Shown one piece after another: positions 34,101-46,520 of a stretch of 64,000 bases of DNA. The notes below the pieces were generated by a model that was not told where the DNA came from, did not search any database, and saw only the letters and a program-made list of their open reading frames with translations. How positions within the stretch are numbered: the first letter of the stretch is position 1; every line of letters begins with the position of its first letter. This stretch comes from Antechinus flavipes (Eukaryota), in contig NC_067399.1 of assembly GCF_016432865.1 (NCBI RefSeq), positions 224,626,001 through 224,690,000 on the forward strand, written 5' to 3'. Made by a program: the position numbers and the translations under genes.

Positions 34101-35900
34101 AAGGGCTCTGACCTCCACCTCTAGGCTCTGTCCCATATCACTTCTTTGGCCTTGAGTCCAGTCCCCTGGTTTTGCCATCTTGGTCTGGATTTCCCCCTTC
34201 TCCCTCCTCTCCCCTCCCCCCACCATTTTTCTGGTCCAGACAACTCACGTGATAGTTCGGGGACACTGGGGCTGGCCCCAACCACAGGCCTGGTAGTCGG
34301 GTTTGACAAAGGTCTCCACCCCGTCTTCCAGCACGCAGCTCACTGTCCGAGTGACCACGTAGGCACACCAGTTCCTGTAGGCATAAGCATCAGGGCCTGA
34401 GCGCGAGGACAGGGACCCCAGGAGGAAGGCAGAGAGGCAGGGCCTCATCCACGGGCCTCTCTCCCTCTGCCTCCTAGACCAAGAATGGGGAAGGCCGGAG
34501 GAGGAAAAGTTAGTGACTCCCGATGTCCACAATATGGGAGTCCATGTGTTTGCATATAAATGTTCATAGGCATAGACTTATAAATGGAACTATTTAATTT
34601 TGAATGTTTTAATCACCTCATAAGAACTATTAATGCTGGAGTATATATATATATATATATATATGTTTTGCATGTTTCTCTATGTGAGTTTGTTTATGTG
34701 TGTGATTCTCTCCTACCGGATGTTGCCTTAGGATAAGGGAACATCCCTTCAGGGAAAAGGATAAGGGCTTTTCCCTTTTTTCTGCTAGTCATAGCTCAGG
34801 ACTGATAAAGATAATGGGTGCATTCACTAGTATTTACTCACCACTCCCTTCCCACTCCCTCCCCTCTACCCTTTTCCCTCCCCCCCACCCGTCCCCAACA
34901 CACACACACACACACACACACACTTTCCAGCTTTCAGTAGTCCCACATTCCTGACCCCCATCCATATAGGGCCTCTGATCTGTGACAGGATGGAGTCAGG
35001 GTCAGGAGGAGAGCAAAGGGTAGCAAGGAGAATGGGGTCAGTAACAGATTAAGAGTTGGGGGTAATTGAGTCACTGAAAAAGAACAAAAGAGTAGAAAAG
35101 AATTCAGGGGCTATACTGGCCTCCTGTCCTACTTCATGCACTGAGTAGTCTTTTTCAGAGTATATGTACTCCCTGTTGCCCAGGGCCTGTGGGTGGGCCG
35201 GGGGAACCAGAGACTAGCAAGTGAGAATAATGTCCCAGCAGAATAGGCCCCTGGAAACAGCCAAGCCTGATACGGTCCCAGAGTAGAAACTTTAGCAATG
35301 TATTAGGGAACCATCCCTTCTGGATTGGCTTTAACCAATTCAGTCAGGTTTATTTCTAATGTGAACATTTTTAAAAAATATATTTTTTCCAATTACATGT
35401 AAAAATTTTAAACTTTTGATTTTTTAGTTCCAAATTCCCTTCCTCCCTCCCCTCCCCACTTTTTGAGAAGAAAGTAATTTGATAGAGACATTTGCAGTTA
35501 TGAAAAACATCAGGTTTCTTTCTAAACCCCAAACTTTATAGATATGGCAGGCAAGACTGGGTGAAGGTCAATGAATGCATGGGGTGGTCTGGATATCTAG
35601 TATTTGTCCCACCCCTCACCCCGCCCAAGTCTCAGTTTCATTCCTCTGAGGAAAAGGTGGTAGAGGTAGTGGAAAAGTTGGGGGGAAAGTACTTGCGGAG
35701 TAGTTGCATCTGGGAGTCAACGGAGCCTCTTACCTGTGGCGACTAGCTGGGCGGTGGGCACTCTGAGCCTGTGGCCCCCCAGGACTGAGGGAACGGGCCC
35801 CAGTGTAGAGGCTGTAGCCCCGGGATGGGTAGCTGGCAGCCCAGGCTGCCCCAGCCAGCAGGCAGCAGAGGCAACAGCTCCAGAGTGAGGTGGGGGCCAT
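25927..35900 (-). CDS. EMILIN1: EMILIN1 (elastin microfibril interfacer 1), 1010 aa; complement join(35734-35900, 34249-34374, 33483-33697, 30603-32516, 28445-28561, 26826-26843, 26482-26619, 25927-26264)
   Basis: Signal peptide, EMI domain ([13 protein letters not shown]...MEWRCC), 1914-nt coiled-coil exon, 17 Gly-X-Y triplets, C-terminal gC1q domain (FSAAL...[10 protein letters not shown]...FSGALLY). Sum is 3033 nt; all GT-AG. Confidence 0.97.
26826..26843 (-). CDS. EMILIN1: EMILIN1 18-nt micro-exon (collagen segment G-LP-G-EQ-G)
   Basis: cctacAG|GTCTCCCAGGTGAACAGG|GTATG; phase 1-1; keeps the Gly-X-Y register. Confidence 0.9.
27560..27880 (+). mobile_element. L3/CR1 3' end remnant
   Basis: ttcaagtgtctgaag...ccagagagcaaaaccag..aatggg...ttggactagatggctgctgagatcctttcc...gattctgtga. 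Confidence 0.65.
28129..28164. repeat. (TG)n microsatellite
   Basis: About 17 TG units. Confidence 0.95.
28950..30250 (+). mobile_element. L2 LINE remnant in EMILIN1 intron 4
   Basis: ORF 29501 contains [15 protein letters not shown] (L2 RT C-terminal LKLNMSKTE-like); downstream ggcattcaaagccc motif. Boundaries approximate. Confidence 0.65.
32625..32820 (+). mobile_element. MAR1-like CORE-SINE
   Basis: tRNA-like head agctaggtggc..agtgaatagagc, gagttcaaatcc, and tail aaccactccaacatctttaccaagaaaacccc. Confidence 0.7.
34898..34923. repeat. (CA)n microsatellite in EMILIN1 intron 1; (TA)n at about 34643-34664
   Basis: Direct reading. Confidence 0.9.
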
Positions 35901-36839
35901 GCTGAGGAGGCTCCACTCGGTGCCCGGCCTCAGCTGCACATCCCAGCCCAGCTGGCTGCTTCTGCCTCAGTCCCAGGGGAATCTTGACGCTCCTCAGGAA
36001 AGAGCTACCTCCACCCAGAAGGATAGAGAACCCCTGTCCCCCTTCCCCACCCCAGCTTCCTGCCTGCCAGAAGCGTTGTGCAGAGCCTCACGCCCCCTCC
36101 TGATCCTTCCCCCACTCCTCTTTCTCTTCCTCCCTCTCTCCTTTCCGCTCTCCTCTCTTTAGGAGGCTCTTTGCACCTAGTCCCCCAGTCCTCCTTTACC
36201 TATGTGGGTCTGTCTCCTCAAGCCTCTCTCCCTGTTCCCCTCACAGCCCTCGCCTGGCTCCCCACTCTTCAGGATTTCCTTGCCACTTTCCTTGCCCCAT
36301 TCCTTGCTCAGTGGCTCCTCTGGGATGATGAGGCTGTGCCCCTGTGGCGGCTCTGAGTGAGGGTGGCTGTGTGGGGCGGGCCCTGGCCTCCTGCCTCTCT
36401 CTCTCCCCTCCCCCCAGTCTGGCTAGAGGTCCAGCCTACCACCCCCCCTCCCCTTCCAGCAGCTCCACATCTGCTTCTTGTTAACGCCGGGAAGGAGAAA
36501 AAAAAGGGGGGGAAAACAGAGAAATGTGGAGTTGCCGCCGGGCAGGGGGCCAGCCTCTCAGACAGGGCCATATGGAGCCAGGGCCAGAGCCGGGGCGGGA
36601 GAAACCTGGGGCCAGCCACTCAGATGGAGAGTCCGAGCCACAGTGGCAGGAACAAGAGCTATTCTGGGGATTGACTGTGGGACTAGGGGTAATTGGGGGT
36701 TGGGGGCAGGATACCTGCAAGAGGTGGGAAAAGGGTCTCCAACAACTTATGTCTTGGCTAAGACATGGAGGAAAAAGGGGGAATCCGGAAAGAAGGAAGA
36801 GGTTATCCTTACAGAGTTTGTGTTTTGATTTTGAAAACA

Positions 36840-37000
36840 TAAACACATTTTATGTATACATGTGTATATATGTATACACACGAGACATGCACAGATATGT
36901 ACATATGCTTATGTAGATATATGCTCACATGTGTGTATAGATATGAATATATACATGTGTTTGCTTGTGTATATATATACTTATATACGTATAAATAAAA
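36840..37000. repeat. Degenerate alternating purine-pyrimidine (TA/CA/TG) tract upstream of EMILIN1
   Basis: Direct reading. Confidence 0.8.
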
Positions 37001-38579
37001 TTTCAGGAAGAGGAGAAAAGAACTAAAATTAAGGGCATCAGGAAAGATTTCTCAAAGGAGGTGCCATATGAGCTAAGTTTTGAAGGAAACTAAAGATTCT
37101 TAAGGAGGCAAGGATGTGCTTTTAAGTATTTAATCACCAGCTCTCAAAAAATTTGCCACATATTTTTATGTTTAAGCTGCATCATTCACATTTTCTCTAA
37201 TCACTTTCTCAGGTTACAAAAAATAAATCAAGCCATGATTTGTAACAATTTCTTGAGTATAAATACTCCCATTGAAAATTTAACAATCAGCTCTCAAAGC
37301 CAGTTTCTAGCTTATTTCTTCAAAGTAAGGAAGGTGCACATTTAGGATCAAGGATGATTGGAATAGGAAGGCAGGCCAATTTCCCAAAGGGAAGGAGAGA
37401 CTGGACCAAATAAATGATCTCCAAGGCCTCTTTCAGTTTTTAAGATTCTGTGTTTCTAGGAGAGAAGTGTAGTCCAGAGGAGGTGGTGGTTTGAAATGGC
37501 AACATGATTGAGTTTGGATCGAGTTTTGAGATGATGGCGAGTGTCTGCATAAAATTGTCCAGTAGGAAGTTGTAAGTATAGAAATGAATCTTAAGAGACA
37601 AGGTGGGTAAAGTGAGGGATAATGGATTAGAAGTAGGTGATATCAAGTATCTCAGTTGTAGAACACTCTCATAATAGGATTTTGAATATCCTCACAGTAG
37701 GTTATGGGATACCTTATAGATTGGACTGTAGGATATTACCAGCATGGGTTTGTGGAGAAGCTCACTGAAGATGGAAGAGATCCTTCAAGTAAGATAAGAG
37801 ACAGATGCTCTCCGAAGAGGCAGAGAGTAATGAATTTCAAGTAGTAGGGCTTTGGGTGGTTGACAAGATCATTGATGGAGATAATAAGCAAATCAGATGG
37901 ATGGGATTAATGGGGCTAGGAGTTTGAAAGAAGGATCTGGTATCCTTACCTGAAACTCTTTGAGAGTCAAGAAGGGAGGAAGACAGAAGGTAGGGTTGAA
38001 AAGTCCTAGCGGCAGTTGGTCAGTTGGGGGAAGGGAAAAGAGAGTGCTGAGATTCCACTGGCAGTTGGCCCAGGAGGGGTCCCTGAGCTATATGAAAGAG
38101 GGAAAGATTGTGGAGAGAGTAGCATCTCCTATTTTCCTTTTGTATGTAAATTGGAGTCTGCAACAGTGAAGGGCCCATAGAGTGCAGAGAGTTACTAGAG
38201 CATGCAATTGTTACAGATTCCCAGTGAAAGAATGAAATTTTCAAAGTAAATGAAATAAATTTGGTGTTAATAAAAGTGTTTTTTCTTTCATATTTTCTTA
38301 TTCAGAAGCAAAATTATTTTTCCTTAAATATCAGTATAAATGCAACATTTACACAAAAAAATCATCAAGCTTACAAATAGATCATAAAACAAATAAGCAA
38401 ACCATCCGCCAAACTTAACTACTATGTCTTGATCAAATAGAAAACCAACTCAAATGAAATTATACAATTTAACAGAATAAACTCTTAACTAAAATGTATT
38501 AGCTAAAAATATCCTTCTGATTTTGTGTATGTGCTTCCTTTGGTTTTGTTGATATATACATATATATAAAAGTGGAAAT

Positions 38580-38810
38580 AAGGGAACTAGGTGGCAAAGT
38601 GAGTAAAGTTTAGGACCTGGAGTCAGGAAGACTCACCTTTCTGAGGTTACATCTGATGGTCACAGACATTATCTTTGTGATCCTGAGCAAGTCATTTAAT
38701 CCTCAGTTTCCTCATCTGTAAAAATGAGCTGGAGAAGGAATAGGCAATCTACTCCAATATTTTTGTCAAGAAAACACCAAATGAGGTCACAAAGAGTTGA
38801 CATAGCTGAA
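38580..38810 (+). mobile_element. MAR1-like CORE-SINE
   Basis: ggaactaggtggc...ggagtcaggaagact...cctcagtttcctcatctgtaaaaatgagctggagaaggaa. Confidence 0.75.
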
Positions 38811-38979
38811 CAAAAGCAGAAAAGGGTGCTTTGGGAACTAGAGGATTCTCTCTTGTTGGTCTGCAAGCAGAGGATATGGTGGTGATTCTTTTTTGAGTAC
38901 AGATTAGCTTAAATGACTGCTGAGGTCCCAGCTATAAAATTCTGAGATATATGCAAAATGTCACTTAAGTCTTAGTGCA

Positions 38980-39628
38980 TTTAAAAAAAAATTATAGCTT
39001 TTTATTTACAAGATATATGCATGGGTAATTTTTCAGCATTGACAATTGTGAAATCTTTTGTTCCAAGTTTTCCCCTCCTTCCCCCAACCCCTTCTCCCAG
39101 ATGTCAGGTTGACTAATACGTGTTAAATATGTTAAAGTTAAATACAATATATGTATACATGTCCAAACAGTTATTTTGCTGTACAAAAAGAATTGGTCTT
39201 TGAAATAGTGTACTATTAGCCTGTGAAGGAAATCAAAAATGCAGGTGGACAAAAATAGAGGGATTGGGAATTCTATGTAGTGGTTCATATTCATCTCCCA
39301 GAGTTCTTTCGCTGGATGTAGTTGGTTCAAACTGCTCTATTGGAACTGATTTGGTTCATCTCATTGCTGGAGATGGCCACGTCCATTAGAATCGATCATC
39401 ATATAGTATTGTTGTTGAAGTGTATAATGATCTCCTGGTTCTGCTCATTTCACTTAGCATCAGTTCGTGTAAGTCTCTCCAGGCCTTTCTGAAATCATCC
39501 TACTGTTCATTTCTTACAGAACAATAATATTCCATAATATTCATATACCACAATTTATTCAGCCATTCTTCAACTGATGAGCATCCACTCAGTTTCCAGT
39601 TTCTGGCCACTACAAAGAGACCTGCCAC
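38980..39628 (-). mobile_element. 5'-truncated L1 with a 13-bp TSD
   Basis: TSD aagtcttagtgca at 38967-38979 and 39629-39641. ORF2 C-terminus LFVVARNWKLSGCSSVEEWLNKLWYMNIMEYYCSVRNEQ. Confidence 0.85.
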
Positions 39629-40482
39629 AAGTCTTAGTGCAGTTTTAAGCTTTAGTAACTTCAGAAGTATAAATGTTAAAAACTTAGCAAAAAACCTGTT
39701 TTTGAAAAGTTGGTCACATTCATTTTCAAAATATTGATGTTTCTTATTAAAATTCACCATCTTTTGCTACATATTTCTCTGGATGATTTCTAAACTTTTA
39801 AAAACTTTCATCAGCAGTTGCTCAGTGACTGAAAGGATTCTTAGGTTTAAGATCATCCAAGGAGTACAGTTTTGATGCAGAGGTAACAGTTTTGATAAAA
39901 CCTCAGAAGAAAAATTCTATTGGAATTGATAGATCAGGTAACTGAGATAATAACCTTAAACCAAATCCACTGGTCTGGGAAAGTATCATCCTACTGTTCA
40001 TTTCTTACAGAACAATAATATTCCATAATATTCATATACCACAATTTATTCAGCCATTCTTCAACTGATGAGCATCCACTCAGTTTCCAGTTTCTGGCCA
40101 CTACAAAGAGACCTGCCACAAGTCTTAGTGCAGTTTTAAGCTTTAGTAACTTCAGAAGTATAAATGTTAAAAACTTAGCAAAAAACCTGTTTTTGAAAAG
40201 TTGGTCACATTCATTTTCAAAATATTGATGTTTCTTATTAAAATTCACCATCTTTTGCTACATATTTCTCTGGATGATTTCTAAACTTTTAAAAACTTTC
40301 ATCAGCAGTTGCTCAGTGACTGAAAGGATTCTTAGGTTTAAGATCATCCAAGGAGTACAGTTTTGATGCAGAGGTAACAGTTTTGATAAAACCTCAGAAG
40401 AAAAATTCTATTGGAATTGATAGATCAGGTAACTGAGATAATAACCTTAAACCAAATCCACTGGTCTGGGAAAGTATCATCC
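39494..40482. repeat. Perfect 491-bp direct tandem duplication
   Basis: Copies 39501-39991 and 39992-40482 are identical by eye. ATCATCC at 39494, 39985 and 40476. The ORF track shows identical 86-aa ORFs 491 nt apart. Confidence 0.95.
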
Positions 40483-41944
40483 AAAAACTATTGTACCTAC
40501 TGCATAATAATCAGGTGCCTATCTTATTAAAATTAAAATTGCATTATTTAAAATGTACAAAACTAAATAACTTCAAGGAAAATTTAAACACTTAAAACTT
40601 TTGAATGATTTTGTTTAAAAGTTTATTTGTGAAGTTATTAAAGCTTAAAACTACACAAGACTTTTGGGAACATCGGACATGGAGATGGGAGTTACCATAC
40701 ATGCTATTGGGTAATCAGGCCTTACTAATTGACACTTACAGATTTCCCAGGACCAAGGTAGTAAGTAGAAAATAGAGAGAATAGAAGTGACCTTTTTTTC
40801 AGATGTTTATGGTTAAGGGGAAAGAAAGATACACAGTTTGAATGAGACTTATTGGGACCATATGAGCCGAGGTGGCAATCTGGCTTGGATGGGATTTCAT
40901 AGCAAGAGTCTTTGTGCAGTGCTGATCATATTCTTCCTTCCCATTCCTTCCAACTCTCTCTCTTCTTTCCCCATGTGCAACTTGTAGTACAGGTGTCAGG
41001 GTAAATAATAATAATAATAATGATATAATAAGTATATCCTCCACTGAAGTATTACTTTATTAATGCTTATTTGTGATCATATGACTATCCTCCAATGTGA
41101 GCTCATTGACTTGGCTCTTTAACAATCTAGGTCATCCCCTACTTCTCCCTATACCAAAGCCCTTTGACATGACTCTTATTCATATCTCCCCATAATTCAT
41201 CAAATTGCTTTCTCTTGACATCTTGAAGAAACAAGGGAGAACATCACTTTCCCTCTCTCTTACCATATGATCAGCCTATCTTTTTTGTTCATATTTTTTC
41301 TAGATAACATCTATTGTGCTATTTTGGGGGATTCTTTGTTTGTAAAATGTCAAAGCCTACTTGTACCCATCATATACCCCTATTGCCTTTTAGGTAATCC
41401 TCAACCTTAATTCTTTTTTTTTTCTTAGCAGATGTATTTTTTAAATTTTTCTAAATACATGAAAACATAGTTTTCAACATTCACCTCTATTATGTTCCAA
41501 ATTTTTCTCTCTCTCTTCCTCCTCCTCCCCTCCCTTAGACAGCAAGCAGTCCAATATAGGTTAAAATTTTAATTCTTTAGAATTTGTGGTATCCTCACAA
41601 TGTTTCAACAATAGAAGGATACCATTAGTTTGTAAAAGATGACCCTTTATTTCAGGGAGAAGCTTCTAACCTAGGTCCTTTGATCCTAACCTTTGGAGTT
41701 TTTTCTTTATAATCTGTTATATCTTAAGTATGATGTATGCATTATTATAATTTGCCTTCCTTCTCCTTCCTGTATTTCTCCCCACAAAAACAAAATGAAA
41801 CAAAACAAAAAATAAATGCCACATTGAATAGGAATCTTTTATTTAAATGGTATGTCCCTCCTCAGGCTAGTCCCTGAAAGATTTTAGGAACATAGTTAAG
41901 CCTTCTGCTAGATGACATCTAGCTGTCCTCTAGTTCCGTTAACA

Positions 41945-42870
41945 TTTTTTAAAATTAAAATTTATTCTTTTAATTAACAGATATCTATTGTCTCTCCTCT
42001 CATCCATTCCCCTCCCCCTAATTTGAGGAAAAAGAAAAAACTGATTTCTCATAACAGCTATGTATGATCAAGCAAAACAAATTCCCTCAATGGTCATATG
42101 ATACATGTATATTATGTGTGACACACATACATGTGTGTATATAGGTATATGTGTGTTTACATGCACACATATGTATATGTTTTGTTCTAGACCCCAAAGC
42201 CATCAAGTCTCTGTGAAGCATGCTTCATCACTGGATTTCTACAATCATAGATAATCATTTTGTTGATCAGAGTTCTAAATAGCTTTTAGAGTTGTTTATT
42301 TGTACAGTATTGTTATTGTAGAAATTATCCTGGTTCTGAAAGTGTTTTTTATCAGTCAATTTAAGTCTTAAAAATTGTTTATTTTTATAATATTGATGTT
42401 ATACTATAAATTGTTCTGGTTCTACGCAATGTTCTGCAACAGTTTGTGTAAAATATTTGATGTTGCTTTGAAATAATCTTGTTCTTTATTTCTTATAGTA
42501 TAACAAGATTCTATTACATTTATAAATCATAATTTGTTCAGTTATTACCCAACTGATGGGAACCCCTTAGTTTCCAGTTTTTTGCTACTATAAAAAGAAC
42601 TTCTATAAATATTTTTGTACATATATGACTTTTTCCTCTTTGTTTAATATCTTTGACATTAGATCTAGTAGTGTTTATATAGCTGGATCAAAGGGCATAC
42701 CGTATTTAATAACCTTTCGTGTATAATTCCAAATTGTTTTCTAGAATTGTTGTACCTCTCCACAAACCCACCAATAGTGTATTAATGTGCCTGTTTTCCT
42801 GCAATCTTTCTAGCATGTCATTTTTTCTTTGTTTTTTAAAAATGATCTTTGCTATTCTTATGGCTACCCT
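41945..42870 (-). mobile_element. Older L1 3' fragment
   Basis: aatttgttcagttattacccaactgatggg...tttccagttttttgctact...agatctagtagtg...gctggatcaaagggc resembles the L1 at 4227-5191. Boundaries approximate. Confidence 0.65.
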
Positions 42871-45249
42871 CTAATTCCAACAAGTTTGATGAATGAAAAG
42901 GATAACAAGCTAAATATTTCTTTATACTTCATTTAAGACCATAACATCTTGTTGTCTGTTTTGTGTGGTGCAGTGGCAAAGGGAGAGGCATACAATAAGG
43001 AAGATATGAATTCAGATGTGGCTTCAGACTCTTTCTAGCTGAGTGACTCTTGCAAGTCATTTATCTTCAGATTATCTCAGCTTCCTGGATTGTTGTCAGG
43101 ATCAAATTAGACCATGATTATGAAGTGCTTAGCATTGTGCCACAAGTATAGTAAGCACTACATAAATGTTAGCTATTATTCCATCAATTAGCCTATAAGA
43201 AAGTCAGTTGATCAAGAGTTTCCAGATCAATCCCCTTTTATAATAATTATTAAATAAGTATTTTATCTGTTATAACTGATGAGGAAGCTAAGGCCCAGCA
43301 AAGTGAAGCAAACAACTTACTCAAAGTTCCACAGTTAGGTAAGTGGCAATATGGGCATTCAAGTGGAAAAAAATTCTCAGTTCACAGTCAGAAGACTCAG
43401 ACCTGAATTCTAACTTTGTTACTTATTACCTATGTGACCTTGAAAAAGGAACAATTGAACCAAAGGTACTTGGCCTCGTTCAAATCTGAGGATGAGGGCC
43501 TTGTCTCTTCCCCTGATATCTCCCAACATGGCTAAATCAGGGCTTCCCCCCTCAAAGAACTAAACTGGGAGAAGATGGGAGTTAGAATTTTGGCTTCATC
43601 ACTTGCTAGCCTTATGACCTTGGGCAAATTTCTGCCTTTCTTTGTTCCTCTGTCCCCCCTTTGTCCCCTCCCCCTCTAAAATGAGAAGGCAAAACTAGGT
43701 AATTTTGAGTCAGGTGCTCTTTCCTTGTCATAATACTGCTTCCCCAGAGCTGAGGACCAAGATCCTTCATCTTCCTTTTGCCAAATTGTGGAGTTTCTGT
43801 TCTCACCATCCCTAGACAAGACCATAATCCTTGGTAACCAGGTATTTTTTTTTTTTGGTGGGGGGAGGGTATTTTCATTGGAAACTTTCCTATATCCTAT
43901 TTCCTGTAACATTTTCTCTTTACTGGGGCTTGTGGCTCTATCTTTCCTAAGTGTTATGCTGAGCCATATACCTTCTTTAGTCACAACTTTCTGGGAAATA
44001 TCATGCCAGCATATAGTAGCTCATAACTATAGGCTCCTCCAGGATACAAATTTCCAGCTCCATTCACTCTCTCTCACTCTAGTTGTTCTAACTCTCAGTT
44101 GTGTACCTTTCTGCCTTGATTGCTATATCTGATTTCAGTTTACCTAGAGACTAGGTCAAACAATGCAGACAAATCCTATATAGAGGCCCATTTTTCATTT
44201 GGTTATTTGCAGGGCATAGAAAGAATTAAAGAGTGGAGGGGTAGCAAACAATTCAGCAATTATAGGGTTCTTCTCTTCACCCTACCTTCTCCCGTTTTTT
44301 CAGATCCTTGTGGGGAGGAAAGAAGAGATTATTGTCTTCAAGTATTGTCATGGGAAAGAAGTATCAGATTTACTTTGTTTAGCCCTAGAGAGCACCCTAA
44401 ACTAGGATGAAAGTTGCAAAGAAAAGACTTTAGGTATATTCTATAACTGTCCAAAACTGGTAGAGTTGGTGGAACCCCTATCATTGGAGATCTTCAGGTG
44501 AAGTTTGGATAAAGACTTGTAGGGTGTATTGTAGAGAGAATTCTTCTGAAGTTGAACTTGATTGCTGCTGGGATTGTTCTTCAAGGTAGGAAATTCTGTG
44601 ATTCTATGGAACCACTTTTCACATAGCAAGATACACTGAAATGGAAGAGAATGTACCTGGGAAAATGCTCCAACAAGCCTGGAAGTCAGTGTGTTCTGCT
44701 TTAACCCTGGGAATCTGAAGCAATTCCAAGAAGTTTGGTTTTGGCTTAATTCTCTATATTTGGAAAGTCTCGGCTTCCATCCAGGATCAGCCTGGGGGTT
44801 TGAGTCCACAAAGTGGGTATATAAAGGGAATCAGCTTGCTGGGAAGTAAATCCCAACTCTCTCACTGGGCCCTCAAATTGCACCAGAGGATCTTAACTAG
44901 GAATGACAACTCATTTGAAGGATCCTAAGGGTGAGCTCTCCCAGAAGGAAAATTTATCTGCAAAGCAATCTTTTTTATTTTTTCCTTCTCCTGAACTCAA
45001 GATGGTATCTGCCTAAGACACTCAGTGTGGGGCTTATGATAGTGGGATGGATGCGGGAGAGGAAAAGAGAAGAGATTCTAAATACTGAACCGTGTGGAAG
45101 GAATTGAGTGGGAATCCAAGATTTAGAAAGCGAAGGTATCGCTGTGACTGAAGAAGGAAAGGTTGGTTCCTGGGCCTGAGCAGTCTGGGGCTGTTGGAGG
45201 GCGAGGAAGTGGTCTTGTGGGGAAAGAGAAGAGAAGCATCTTTAGTTGG

Positions 45250-46520
45250 AGAGAGCACAGCCAGGTGTGCGGGTGCGGCGGCGAGGTACAGAAGCCGCCA
45301 GGGCGTCCGCTGCCCACTCTGCCCCACCCCAGTTGTTCCAACCTCAGGGCAGCTCCTGTAGTTGTCTTTGGCTCCCCGGAGCCCTGCTCCTCCCCCCTTT
45401 CCCTCTCCCCCGCTCCCCACCACAAAGCAACTGGCTTCCATTACCCCTGACAGCTCCAAGCGGCCGCCCAGCCCACCCCCACTCTTCCCCTCCCCTAACT
45501 GACTCCCTGCCGTTCCCTTTTATGGATATTAAGAGAGAAGAGAGAGAGGAGGTGGAGGGGGGGGGGGGACCTAGGGGAGAGGGAAGCTGAGTGACCAGCG
45601 AAGGGGTAAGTGTGTTTGAAGAAGCCCCTTCCCTCTCTTATGACCTCTCTAGCGTCAGAACACTCAGGATAGTGTTCATTTCCTCTGGGTCCAGGTCTCA
45701 TCCTCTACCCAGCCCCTCTTCCTACCGGGAACCCGAGATCTTCTTTCGAGGCTCACCTCCCCCCACATCCGGGGGGTGATTTCCCACTTGACCAAAGCGC
45801 CAAGATTTGAGGTTTGGATTCCGGGAGGCTGGCCTCCCCCCGCCCCTCCTAAACCCTCTCTCGCGGGTAGAGGAAAGATGGGGGTGGGAAGATTTCCTGA
45901 TCCCCCTATCCTTGAACTCCTTCCCCAGCCGGGCAACGCAATGAGCAAATCTCAGACACTCTCTTCCACTCCCCACTCCCTTATGGATCAGAGGACAAAA
46001 GGCTCTCTGGACTGGCGGGAGGGAAAGGAAACTATTTTTATCCCATTAAAATGTCAGCCTCAACTCCCAGCTCTGACTCCAAGTACCCGCACACCCGCTT
46101 TTCTGCCCCAGGGAGGAACAATCTCGAACCCAGGACCTAAAGCGTTGCAGCCGTACAGGGCGGCTTGGCAAAGCCCAAGAGGAAACACCTGGCGGGAAGC
46201 GGGCGGGGGCAGCGGCCCAGGGGGCCCCAACAGGAAAGGGGAGGGCGCTGGCTGGGGAGGGCACAGAGGTCAGGCTAAGCCACTTCCCCGAGCCCGCCCG
46301 GGACGCAGCCCTGGCCAACCTCGATATTGGCTCCTCGGTGTCGGGAAGAGTCTCGCCGGGCTTGCCAGTGTATCTGACCTTTGCCGCTAGGGCCTGTCAG
46401 CTGTGAACAGCTGTGCCGAGTCAAGCTCAGCGAGCCAAGCAGTTTCGGAGCTGAAGTGGGGAAGCAGGCAGGGCCGGGACCGGGGTTGCGTTGTAGGAGG
46501 CCAGGCTCAGTTTGGGGGTG
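45250..46520. promoter_or_regulatory. Orphan CpG-rich island between EMILIN1 and OST4
   Basis: CpG/GC-rich with no recognisable coding exon. Tandem CAGCTG E-boxes at 46398 and 46408; CCAAT-like elements; GC boxes. Confidence 0.55.

Noticed and set aside
39800-39870. Faint resemblance of SCSVTERILRFKIIQ to the hAT transposase dimerisation motif
   Set aside because: Too short and degenerate, with stops on both sides; needs a Dfam/HMM search to support.
39500-40251. Twin 86-aa ORFs as a duplicated gene
   Set aside because: Chimeric read-through from flanking DNA into the L1 ORF2 C-terminus, doubled by the 491-bp duplication.
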